Sequence record: DRR723986_9628
Length of the DNA: 64,000 nucleotides
Direction: 5' to 3' (one strand)
In this document: piece after piece, positions 1 through 8,502 of the stretch
Layout of the letters: the number at the start of each line of letters is the position of its first letter
Numbering within the stretch: position 1 is the first letter of the stretch
Notes under the pieces: model-generated
What the model saw: only the letters and a program-made list of their open reading frames with translations
The model's database searches: none
Told to the model about the DNA's origin: nothing
Made by a program: the position numbers and the translations under genes

Positions 1-34
1 GCGCAATGCTGGGTCGAAGAATCAGCTGATCTTG

Positions 35-54
35 AGAGTGCCAAAGGCACGATC
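35..54. repeat. REP-like palindrome GTGCC-AAA-GGCAC; exact 20-bp inverted copy at 2186-2205
   Basis: AGAGTGCCAAAGGCACGATC (35-54) is the reverse complement of GATCGTGCCTTTGGCACTCT (2186-2205). Confidence 0.8.
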
Positions 55-84
55 AGTAAAAAATCACTCTATGATTTAAAACAG

Positions 85-109
85 AAAAGCGTAGATACAA
101 TCTACGCTT
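85..109 (-). terminator. Intrinsic terminator for 138..758
   Basis: Perfect 10-bp stem AAGCGTAGAT-aca-ATCTACGCTT with an A-run on the left (U-tail on the minus strand). Confidence 0.75.
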
Positions 110-137
110 AGTCAAAGTTTCTACTCTTAGTGGAGAA

Positions 138-758
138 TTAAACACTCTCAAAAAATTGAGTAGCGAAATTGCAAAATTCAATGATTACCTCTTTATCCAA
201 ATCGAATTCCTTTCGGGAACCCAAGTAGTTCCTAGATTCTGGTGTGATTTCTTTTCCTTCCAATAATTCGGGGACTGTAATGCATTTGATGTGCTTCTTG
301 GAAACTAAAATGATATAGGCATTGGTATAAGGATAGTTTTTTGGCAAATCTTTCATTTTGAATTCACCACTTGCTCGGAACTTCACTTCCATAAAATAAA
401 CCTCTTTGTTAGCAGGATTTTGCATCACAAAGTCTGGCATTCGACGAATTTCATGGGCTACATCTGAACGTACACCCTTCAATAATTCCATTATACCAGG
501 TATGGTATTTTCCATTCCAAAACGGAATACGTTGTAATTAAGACTTAAAAACAATTCCTGAATAAGGGTCTCGGCTATACGTCCCTTTATCATATTATAG
601 CGATACTTCTTTTGGTCTTCCGCAAGACCAGACTTGGGCGGAATCTCCAGTTCATCTTCTACTAAAACTTCTGGGTTCTCCTTTTTTTTATTAAAACAGG
701 AAAGACAAAGGCCTCCATTAAACTTGGTGTACTCACCGCATTGGATACATGCTGGCAT
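138..758 (-). CDS. PD-(D/E)XK-superfamily (restriction-like) nuclease with N-terminal Zn-binding knuckle
   Basis: N-terminal CxxC...CxxC; KGRIAE helix followed by PDF...YFMEVKFR, matching the PD-(D/E)XK catalytic pattern. Confidence 0.65.
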   Translation of the reverse strand: MPACIQCGEYTKFNGGLCLSCFNKKKENPEVLVEDELEIPPKSGLAEDQKKYRYNMIKGRIAETLIQELFLSLNYNVFRFGMENTIPGIMELLKGVRSDVAHEIRRMPDFVMQNPANKEVYFMEVKFRASGEFKMKDLPKNYPYTNAYIILVSKKHIKCITVPELLEGKEITPESRNYLGSRKEFDLDKEVIIEFCNFATQFFESV

Positions 759-838
759 AAAATTGATTTTGTGGGTTTAAAAGTTTGAAATAATATGGTG
801 CTTTAAGTTTTTAAAAGGAACTTCAAATTCTAAAAAAT

Positions 839-865
839 AAAAAAACGTAGATACATCCTACGTTT
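839..865 (-). terminator. Intrinsic terminator for 886..1851, homologous to the one at 85-109
   Basis: AAACGTAG-atacatc-CTACGTTT stem with a long A-run on the left. Confidence 0.7.
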
Positions 866-885
866 AGTGTCAGATTTTGCTAGGT

Positions 886-1851
886 CTAAGATTGAGTGTT
901 TAAAATATGATTTCCAAAATTAATTAAATCCTCTTCAAAACATGAAAAAAGGTATTTGTTATGATACGGGGTAAAAATAGTATTTATATATGCTAATTGT
1001 ACTTCATTAATTTTTAATATTTCAATAGGTTTTTTGCCATACATTCCTTTTTTATAAAAATCATCTTTATAATGATCCGAAAAAGTCAAACAAAATCTAC
1101 TGGAAATCGGGAAATAGAACCTGAAACCTTGAGCAAACTTAGTATTTTCAAATACTCCACTATCTGATATAGAAATACCTGGATTATCTGAAGTAAAAAA
1201 AGAACTGCTGCAATTTTCACAATCGAAAAGATACCATGTACAATCTAGGATAGATTCTCTAAACTTTAATAAACTTAAAGAATCCGGATTGCTTTTTTCA
1301 ATTAGTTGTTTAAGCTGCATGTCTCTAATAAAGGTATCACTTTCTAATATTCTTTTTCCAAAAGAGTCAATAATTTCATTTACAGTTTGTTTGGGTAATT
1401 TGGTAAATTGCTCTTCCTTTAAAACCTTATTTAACAAATTAGCCTTAACATATTCCAAATTTTTCGCTTTGTTATAATCCGATACTTTTATATAAAATAG
1501 ATTTCTAATTCTAATTTGCAAAATAAAATCTGACAATTGAATACATTGATTAGAATCCAATTTAAAATGCTGAAGTAAAATAGTAATTATTTTTCTGTAA
1601 TTATTTTCGAGTTTCTTAAATGACGTTGTCTCAATATGATATTTCTCAAAATTGTTTAGATCAAAAAAATTTGTATTTGAAATGCTATAGAAATCAAAGG
1701 AATAACAAACCTGTGATGGGTTTTTACATTTGACTGAAACCTTGTTTCTTTCCAACAACAAAGGAAAATCTAAACAATACAAATCTTTATCCCCAGAATA
1801 TTCATTTAAATAACATTCAGGTACATAATGATGCTTTTTCGGCTCACTCAT
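886..1851 (-). CDS. DUF4238-family protein (AT-rich, probably horizontally acquired)
   Basis: N-terminal KKHHYVPxxYL and internal FFTSDNP / FPIS motifs typical of DUF4238; visibly more AT-rich than the neighbours. Confidence 0.75.
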   Translation of the reverse strand: MSEPKKHHYVPECYLNEYSGDKDLYCLDFPLLLERNKVSVKCKNPSQVCYSFDFYSISNTNFFDLNNFEKYHIETTSFKKLENNYRKIITILLQHFKLDSNQCIQLSDFILQIRIRNLFYIKVSDYNKAKNLEYVKANLLNKVLKEEQFTKLPKQTVNEIIDSFGKRILESDTFIRDMQLKQLIEKSNPDSLSLLKFRESILDCTWYLFDCENCSSSFFTSDNPGISISDSGVFENTKFAQGFRFYFPISSRFCLTFSDHYKDDFYKKGMYGKKPIEILKINEVQLAYINTIFTPYHNKYLFSCFEEDLINFGNHILNTQS

Positions 1852-1997
1852 CCTTCACCCCCTTCCACAATCTTAATCTCCTCCTCAGTCAATCCATATA
1901 ACTCATACACCAAAGCGTCAATTTCGGCATCGATGCGGTTGATTTTGGACAGGCATCTGCAAGTTTTTTCAGCAATTGATGTATAAAAATGAGCCAT
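1848..1997 (-). pseudogene. Remnant C-terminus of a type IIG (Eco57I/TaqI-like) restriction-modification gene
   Basis: Manual translation gives 49 aa ending KINRIDAEIDALVYELYGLTEEEIKIVEGGEG*, the characteristic type IIG tail; its TGA overlaps the ATG of 886..1851 (ATGA). Confidence 0.75.
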
Positions 1998-2185
1998 CTT
2001 CGGGTAATTGGTAAAAATTGATTCCTAAAGATATCATTTCAGCCGAAAACGAAAAGCAGTTTTTTTATTTCCTAATGCTTTTAGACTATCTGAAAGCATT
2101 AAAGGATACATGTATAGATAAGGAAGGTTAACACCACCTTACTCCTTGCTCACCACGGTCTATGGGACACAGAACAAGGGATACA

Positions 2186-2283
2186 GATCGTGCCTTTGGC
2201 ACTCTTGGCTTCAACATCAATTTCACCTACCCTGAATTTCGCTTCGCTGTATTCAGGGCTGTTACTTGTGGTGCCGTTGGCAC
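2186..2283. repeat. Composite REP/REPIN-like element (GTGCC-N3-GGCAC / CCCTGAAT..ATTCAGGG / GTGCC-N3-GGCAC)
   Basis: Three successive hairpins seen directly in the sequence. Confidence 0.7.
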
Positions 2284-2317
2284 AAAAGTAGGTGCTTAGG
2301 CCTTTCAAGATTCTTGG

Positions 2318-2357
2318 TTCAAGTCTTCAGATCTGCCTGCTGCAGGCAGGCTTGGAA
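2318..2357. repeat. Short palindrome (CAAGTC-TTCA-GACTTG) interrupted by the mini-palindrome CTGCCTGC-T-GCAGGCAG
   Basis: Removing 2332-2350 restores TTCAAGTCTTCAGACTTGGA. Confidence 0.6.
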
Positions 2358-2381
2358 TAAAAATATTGCAGTTTTCACCTA

Positions 2382-2525
2382 GGTCTGTGCCTGTCCGCCT
2401 TGGCGGATCACCACAGACCGAAATAAACTATACTGGAAGAGCGAAACGACATAAACTGAAAAAAAAGAGGCTGTGGGACACAGACCGTGGGGAATGAAAG
2501 TGGTCTGTGAGACACAGACCACGGG
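2382..2525. repeat. Cluster of GGTCTGTG-N3/4-CACAGACC REP hairpins (3 copies; the first carries an 18-bp nested insert)
   Basis: Copies at 2382-2420, 2469-2487 and 2501-2521; degenerate copy near 2156-2175. Confidence 0.85.
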
Positions 2526-2587
2526 GTGGGAAGTGTAAATGGAGGGATCAACTGCAACTTTGCCTAAGTCAGTTCTGTTTAACTACC

Positions 2588-3163
2588 ATGCATACGCTTG
2601 AGCCATATTATAACTGGAGACATCTTTACATCGCTGCGGAGGATCCTCAATCTCCGTTTTTTGAATATCAGAACAGTGAAGTTCACTTTACAGATCAGAT
2701 CTATAATTATCTGATTCACCCACAGTGGGATAGCATGGAATCTGAAACGCTTTTTCTGAAAGTAATCTATGCGGACTATCAGCTTGGTTTTGCTGTGATT
2801 GAATTTATTGGTGAGTGGAATGACCTGCTTAACAATGATATTATGACCTTGAAGCGGAATATCATCGAATTGATGATCGCAGAGGGCATCAACAAATACA
2901 TACTGATTTGTGAGAATGTGCTGAATTTCCACGGGGATCTGGAGGCTGATGATTACTACGAGGAATGGCAGGATGAATTAGAGGACGGTTGGATCGTCAT
3001 GCTTAACCTGCAAGATCATGTCTTGTCTGAAATGAGCAGGTTTGGTATAGACCGATACCTGGTCATGGGTGGGAAGTTAAACGATGTGAGTTGGCGAACC
3101 CGTCACCCCAAGCAACTTTTTGAAGCAATTGATAAAGTGGTGACCAGGAGGTTGGGTGGTTAG
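2588..3163 (+). CDS. Conserved-looking hypothetical protein (191 aa)
   Basis: ATG at 2588 (MHTLEPYYNWR...); the ORF-track extension to 2507 starts inside a REP. Confidence 0.75.
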   Translation: MHTLEPYYNWRHLYIAAEDPQSPFFEYQNSEVHFTDQIYNYLIHPQWDSMESETLFLKVIYADYQLGFAVIEFIGEWNDLLNNDIMTLKRNIIELMIAEGINKYILICENVLNFHGDLEADDYYEEWQDELEDGWIVMLNLQDHVLSEMSRFGIDRYLVMGGKLNDVSWRTRHPKQLFEAIDKVVTRRLGG

Positions 3164-3176
3164 GATTTTTTATACC

Positions 3177-3265
3177 TCGGTCTGTGCCTGTCCGCCGCGG
3201 CGGATCACCACAGACCGAACCTACATAAACTAGAAAAGCAATGGTCTGTGGGACACAGATCACGG
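3177..3265. repeat. REP doublet of the GGTCTGTG/CACAGACC family (first copy with nested 18-bp insert)
   Basis: 3177-3218 is nearly identical to 2382-2421; partner hairpin at 3242-3265. Confidence 0.85.
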
Positions 3266-3297
3266 TGGAGGAATTTTATCTGGCACTAGCCTAAAAA

Positions 3298-3330
3298 AAT
3301 CCCCCTTGCCCCCTTTTGGAAAGGGGGAAT
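3298..3330. repeat. CCCCCTT...AAGGGGG palindromic element
   Basis: ATCCCCCTTGCCCCCTTTTGGAAAGGGGGAATT hairpin. Confidence 0.55.
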
Positions 3331-3531
3331 TGCCAAATTTGAACTTCTAGATTTAATTCAAAGTAGGTATTTACAATTAAGCAGATACACATATGTTTTT
3401 ATCAATAATAAGAAAGTGGAGGCCTGAGACCGCCTTTGACTCCGCTCTGCCTGACACATTATATAATCTGAATTGCCTAGTTCATCCCAATGACGTATTT
3501 TTAAAAATCCTGAAATAAACTTAACCAACCC

Positions 3532-4746
3532 ATGAAATCGATCTCACTTTTTGCGCTGAGCATACTCCTTTGTTTTTGTACCACAAAGCTTCCTGCAGAA
3601 CAAGCCAAAGGAACCGATCAAGAAATCAAAACCGGAGCAGATCAAACGGAATTGTACTTGCCGCTTTTGAAAGGCAAACGCGTAGCTGTACTGGCCAACC
3701 AAACCTCTATTATCGGCAAAACTCACTTGGTGGATAGCTTACAGAGCTTAGGAATCAACATCGTAAAAGTTTTTGGGCCGGAGCATGGTTTTAGAGGAAA
3801 TGCCAGTGCTGGCGCAAAAGTGAGTGATGAGAAAGATGAGCGAACAGGGATTCCTATAATTTCCCTTTATGGTAGAAAAAGCAAACCTAGCAAGGAGGAT
3901 TTGGCAGATGTGGATATTCTGATCTATGACTTGCAGGATGTGGGAGTACGATTTTACACCAATATCAATGCCTTGGCTCGGCTCATGGAAGCTTGTCAGG
4001 AAAATGGTAAGCGCTTGATTATCCTGGACAGGCCAAATCCAAACGGGTATTTGATCGATGGTCCGGTGCTGGATATGAACTACAAATCAGGAATCGGGAT
4101 GTTTCCTATTCCTATGGCTCATGGTCTTACCGTAGGGGAGTTTGCGATGATGGCCAATGGAGAAGGTTGGTTGGCAAACAAGGTGAAAGCGGATATACAG
4201 GTAATTCCTGTCGCAAATTATGCGCATGATATGCGGTACGATTTACCGGTGTCTCCTTCGCCAAACTTGAATACTCCGCAGTCGGTCTTGCTTTATCCTA
4301 GCCTTTGCATGTTTGAAGGAACGTACATCAATCTTGGACGCGGTACTTATTTTCCTTTTACCGTGTTGGGAAGTCCTGCTTACAAGGGAATCTACGAGTT
4401 CAGCTTCACCCCAACAGGTATCAAAGGCATGGCTGAAACCCCACTTTTTATGGATCAGGTTTGCTATGGAATTGATCTGCGGGAATATGACACTGAAAAA
4501 TTAAGAGCTAGCGGACAAATCAATTTTGAATGGATCCGTGAGCTTTATAAAGCTAGCCCAGAGAAGGAAAAGTTTTTTGATTCTAAGCTCAGCAATCAGA
4601 TGAATACCATCGAAATGCAGATAGGTAGGGGAGATTTCAGACAGCAAATCATTGATGGTGTTCCTATGGAAGAGATTAGAGCAGGTTGGGAACCAGAGCT
4701 TACTGCCTACAAGAAAATGCGAGAAAAGTATTTGCTGTACCCTTGA
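3532..4746 (+). CDS. namZ: Exo-beta-N-acetylmuramidase NamZ (DUF1343)
   Basis: FGPEHGFRG, YDLQDVGVRFYT, LDRPNPNG, PSPNL and GRGT motifs; signal peptide. Confidence 0.9.
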   Translation: MKSISLFALSILLCFCTTKLPAEQAKGTDQEIKTGADQTELYLPLLKGKRVAVLANQTSIIGKTHLVDSLQSLGINIVKVFGPEHGFRGNASAGAKVSDEKDERTGIPIISLYGRKSKPSKEDLADVDILIYDLQDVGVRFYTNINALARLMEACQENGKRLIILDRPNPNGYLIDGPVLDMNYKSGIGMFPIPMAHGLTVGEFAMMANGEGWLANKVKADIQVIPVANYAHDMRYDLPVSPSPNLNTPQSVLLYPSLCMFEGTYINLGRGTYFPFTVLGSPAYKGIYEFSFTPTGIKGMAETPLFMDQVCYGIDLREYDTEKLRASGQINFEWIRELYKASPEKEKFFDSKLSNQMNTIEMQIGRGDFRQQIIDGVPMEEIRAGWEPELTAYKKMREKYLLYP

Positions 4747-4770
4747 GCGCTATCAACTAATAGCCATCGC

Positions 4771-4836
4771 CTCGGTCTGTGAGACACAGACCGAAATGAT
4801 TTGTGAACAAAGTGGTCTGTGAGACACAGACCACGG
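4771..4836. repeat. REP doublet GGTCTGTG-AGA-CACAGACC x2
   Basis: Hairpins at 4772-4794 and 4812-4834. Confidence 0.85.
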
Positions 4837-4923
4837 CTGGGGGATTTATATCTAGTTTCTTTCCCATTCAAAAATAGCAGTATTTTTAGCTCAGAAATGT
4901 CGCTACCTATGAGATTCAAATCA

Positions 4924-5808
4924 ATGAAGTGCCTACTCTCAATTTCTATCTTTTTCCTGTCTATTATTCATCTTTTTGGACAGGAAAGTAACTGCTTTGA
5001 AAATGCTTCCGGTGCCTATTGGCCGGTTAGTGTCGGTTTGAAGAAAAATCTCACCTATGGAAACAATTCCTATGTTTCGACTTTCGCTGGGGATAGCGTA
5101 GAGTTTGAGGGCAAATATTTTTTAGTGGAAACTCAATCCTATTCAAATGGTGATGTGAAAACTAAGTACTGGCGTACTGAGGATGAGGCCGTTTTTAGTT
5201 TGAATCAGGAGAAAAACAGGCAATCCATGGAGTTGCCTTCTAATCCAGAAGTAGGTACAAAATGGAAAAGTAGCGATCAGGTCTGGAGCTATGAAGTGGT
5301 GAGTTTGACTAGCACGTATTCGACTCCATTTTGTGAATTTTCAGATCTCTTGGAAGTGAAAACGGAAAGTTCAGAACGGGAAGGGACAGTCTATAATTTG
5401 TATTACAAAAAAGGCTTAGGAATGATTGGGCTGAATGTGAATGGTCAGCCTTTTTCCTACCTCAAACCTGACCGAAGGCCGAATGAACGAGGATTCATAG
5501 CATTTGGCTGTGAGGAGACTGGCACTTCGCAGGAGATTGAAAAATGCACCTACGCTAAAATTTCACAGCATATCAGTGAAAATCTTAAAGCTCCAAAGTC
5601 AGAGACAAAAGGCCGGATACTTCTGAATGTGCGTATAGATGAAAATGGAGATGTGAGTAATGTGGAGGTTTTGGAAACGGTTGAAAATGGCGAAGCGTTG
5701 GAAGCAGAAGCCATACGGGTGATGAGTTCCTTGCCGAAGTTTATCCCTGCCCAAGTTGACGACAATCTGCCGATTGCAACGAATCTAAAAGTTCCATTTA
5801 GGTTTTAA
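4924..5808 (+). CDS. Exported protein with C-terminal TonB domain
   Basis: C-terminal GRILLNVRIDENGDV...LEAEAIRVMSSLPKFIPA...VPFRF is TonB_C-like; ATG 4924 precedes a signal peptide. Confidence 0.75.
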   Translation: MKCLLSISIFFLSIIHLFGQESNCFENASGAYWPVSVGLKKNLTYGNNSYVSTFAGDSVEFEGKYFLVETQSYSNGDVKTKYWRTEDEAVFSLNQEKNRQSMELPSNPEVGTKWKSSDQVWSYEVVSLTSTYSTPFCEFSDLLEVKTESSEREGTVYNLYYKKGLGMIGLNVNGQPFSYLKPDRRPNERGFIAFGCEETGTSQEIEKCTYAKISQHISENLKAPKSETKGRILLNVRIDENGDVSNVEVLETVENGEALEAEAIRVMSSLPKFIPAQVDDNLPIATNLKVPFRF

Positions 5809-5889
5809 TGGTGAGTTAGAAGAATTTTTGACCTCTCGTGATTTAGATAGGAATTAGAGACTGAAAAACTTAATGAAGGAGGTTTGGAT

Positions 5890-7668
5890 TTAATCAATTC
5901 TCTCCAAAACCAGCAACCTAACCTCAATAAATTCCGGGCCTTTAATTTCTGAAGCTTTCATAGTAATAGGATGATGGCCTTTATCCAATTGAATTACTCC
6001 GATTTCCAAGGGTTTGTAATCCTTCTCATAGGATTCATCCCGAGGAGAGCGATCATATTCCACGGCTAAATAGTCTGAGTCATGGGCTTCATTGATGGGA
6101 GTGCTGACTTCATTTGCTCCCTGTTTCAGTTTTAGCGTAGCACCTACTGCTGAAGGCTTACAGGTATAATAAACAGTTGCTTTGTACTTCCCTGAGGTCA
6201 GAATCTCAGTATCCCAAATGAGGCTATCGGTACTGGATGTCCAATTGGTGAAAAAGGAGGAATTGGGATGAATGCTGGACCGCGCTATGCCTCCATGGGG
6301 AATCCCATCTCGGGCTGGTAGAAGTGTGTACTTGCTGTCTTTGTATCCTACAGGAAATATCTCCTGCCTGTCGCGATCAAGCTCTGATAATACAGAATTG
6401 ATCCACTCTTCTTTTGCCTTGGATAATTCAGTAAAAGCAGCAGATGTAGCCTGAGCAATAGGCTGATTCTGTTCTGGATCTGCTTTTAAGTCATACAACT
6501 GATTATCGCTATCCAAGATAAAGTTTTGGTTACGGACACTGACTCTTCCATTCCAATGGCTATACACATTTCGGGCCTTCCATTCTTCCTGAGACCCCGT
6601 TAGTAAAGGCTTAAAACTTACGCCATCAAGAGGCTTTTCGAAGGGATTTATGATTCCTGCCATGTCCATCAGTGAAGGCAAAATATCAATTGTGCTGGCA
6701 ATCTGGGAGATGATTTGTGGTTTTAATGTTTCCTTCCAATACATGATAAAAGGAGAACGGACGCCACCTTCGTCTGTGCTGCCTTTGATGCCCTTCAGCC
6801 CATCATTCCATCTCCAGCCATTTGGGCCATTGTCAGACATGTATATCACTAAGGTGTTTTCAAGAAGCTTCAGGCTATCCAGTTTATCTACAACTCGACC
6901 TACATTCCAATCCAGGTTTTCACATAGAGCATAGGCTGCTCGTGTTTTATCCATCTTTTCTTTATCGGCATAGCGATGAGTAGTATCTATAGCTGCATCC
7001 TTGTATTTGTCCCACCAGACATCAGGAACCTGCATAGGACTATGTGGAGTATTGTATGCCAAGTAAACAAAGAAAGGTTGATCTGTATTTTTCTCCATGT
7101 ATTCCATCGCATGATCTGTGAGGTCATCGATGATGAATCCTTTTCCTTGGGTTACCTCACCGTTGTGCTCCAGCATAGGGCTGAAGTAATTGCCCCAATG
7201 GCCGGAGGCAAAGCCATAGTACTCTTCAAAGCCTCTGTTATTTGGGTGATAAGGAGGTTGGGAGCCATTGTGCCATTTGCCAAATGCAGCCGTATTATAC
7301 CCATTCGATTGGAAGATATCCGCAATGGTTTTTTCGTCCAGATCCAATCGCTCACCACCTCTGGATGTAGAATATACTCCGCCACGAGGATGATATCTGC
7401 CGGTCAAAATCTCCGCTCGGGTAGGAGAGCAAACTGGGTTTACGTAGAATCTACTGAATTGCACGCCATTTTCAGCTAGCTTGTCAATATTGGGTGTGTT
7501 TACGTATGGATTTCCATTGATTCCCAAGTCACCCCAACCTTGATCATCTGACACGATGAGGACGATATTTGGCTTGGTGATTTCTTTGGTTTCTGGCTTG
7601 CAGGATTGTAAAAGCAGAAGTCCAATACCAAGGATCAGATGAAAAATAAGTTTTGGATTAAGTACCAT
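5890..7668 (-). CDS. Arylsulfatase (formylglycine-dependent S1 sulfatase), lipoprotein
   Basis: PNIVLIVSDDQG, CSPTR, GKWH motifs; lipobox LQSC. Confidence 0.92.
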   Translation of the reverse strand: MVLNPKLIFHLILGIGLLLLQSCKPETKEITKPNIVLIVSDDQGWGDLGINGNPYVNTPNIDKLAENGVQFSRFYVNPVCSPTRAEILTGRYHPRGGVYSTSRGGERLDLDEKTIADIFQSNGYNTAAFGKWHNGSQPPYHPNNRGFEEYYGFASGHWGNYFSPMLEHNGEVTQGKGFIIDDLTDHAMEYMEKNTDQPFFVYLAYNTPHSPMQVPDVWWDKYKDAAIDTTHRYADKEKMDKTRAAYALCENLDWNVGRVVDKLDSLKLLENTLVIYMSDNGPNGWRWNDGLKGIKGSTDEGGVRSPFIMYWKETLKPQIISQIASTIDILPSLMDMAGIINPFEKPLDGVSFKPLLTGSQEEWKARNVYSHWNGRVSVRNQNFILDSDNQLYDLKADPEQNQPIAQATSAAFTELSKAKEEWINSVLSELDRDRQEIFPVGYKDSKYTLLPARDGIPHGGIARSSIHPNSSFFTNWTSSTDSLIWDTEILTSGKYKATVYYTCKPSAVGATLKLKQGANEVSTPINEAHDSDYLAVEYDRSPRDESYEKDYKPLEIGVIQLDKGHHPITMKASEIKGPEFIEVRLLVLERID

Positions 7669-7740
7669 GGATCTACGAAGGTTAAGTGGGCTGACTCTAA
7701 TAAAATCCTACATGCAACTTAAGGAGAATTGTCTTAATCA

Positions 7741-7766
7741 AAAAAAGCCCGGAATTGATCCGGGCC
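7741..7766 (-). terminator. Intrinsic terminator after the DUF2911 gene
   Basis: AAAAAA-GCCCGGA-attga-TCCGGGC. Confidence 0.75.
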
Positions 7767-7792
7767 TTATAAAATTTGAAGTTTGCTGAAAG

Positions 7793-8398
7793 TTAGAAAA
7801 CGCCTTTGAATTGCTCTAGCTTCTGATCCACTTGGGTATCTACCTCAAACCATAACATTACGTCTGCCCACATAAAGGTTACCGTTGCAACTTTATTGTC
7901 TTCAGCAGAGATGAAGTATGCCAGTCTTTCGAAGGTTTCAGGAGCTGTAATCGGCGTCACCTTGATCGCAACCGCATCGTCTTTTGCCATTGCTTCCTCG
8001 TCGATTTTACCATCTTTCATGTAAGCAAAAACCGCATTGGCTTTTCCATTCAAGTGCACGGTCCAGTCACCAGAAGCTTGTGGTGTGATGAATAACGAAT
8101 ATTTGCCTGCAGCTAGGTTTTTACCTGCAATGTTTACTCCGGTACTGAATTCTATGATGGTTGGGCCATTTGCGCCAGCTCTCCAAGTAACGCCATATTT
8201 TTCAAGTTCACCAAAAACTTTTCTGCCTTTCACAGCAGGAGAGGAGTAGTCAATGCTGATTTTGGTGAAGCCCACATTTTGGGAAACGTAAGCTGCTGGA
8301 CTAGGTGCTGGTGCTTGTAGCTGCGCAAAAGAGGTGTTTGAAACTGAGAAAAAGAGAATTAAGGCAAATGCCGATAAAAAGAGTTTGTTGTTTTTCAT
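7793..8398 (-). CDS. DUF2911 domain protein
   Basis: PSP...VSQ.VG...I.IDYSSPAVKGRKVFG...WRAGAN...AGKYSLF signature. Confidence 0.88.
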   Translation of the reverse strand: MKNNKLFLSAFALILFFSVSNTSFAQLQAPAPSPAAYVSQNVGFTKISIDYSSPAVKGRKVFGELEKYGVTWRAGANGPTIIEFSTGVNIAGKNLAAGKYSLFITPQASGDWTVHLNGKANAVFAYMKDGKIDEEAMAKDDAVAIKVTPITAPETFERLAYFISAEDNKVATVTFMWADVMLWFEVDTQVDQKLEQFKGVF

Positions 8399-8469
8399 AA
8401 GTGAGATAAATGATATTGATTATAGAGCAATCTAAGAAGTATTTCCCATCTCTAAACAGTCATTTATTT

Positions 8470-8477
8470 TATCTTTG
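8470..8477 (+). promoter_or_regulatory. Bacteroidetes housekeeping -7 promoter element
   Basis: TATCTTTG (TAnnTTTG) 25 bp upstream of ATG 8503. Confidence 0.6.
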
Positions 8478-8502
8478 ACCATTCCTTAAATTTTGATCTT
8501 TT

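Noticed and set aside
2507-2587. N-terminal extension MRHRPR... of the ORFs at 2507 and 4819
   Set aside because: Both GTG starts fall inside the same REP hairpin; true starts are more likely 2588 and 4924
2382-4836. Possible CRISPR array from recurring GGTCTGTG/CACAGACC palindromes
   Set aside because: Irregular spacing, dispersed doublets, no constant-length spacers and no cas genes; fits REP elements
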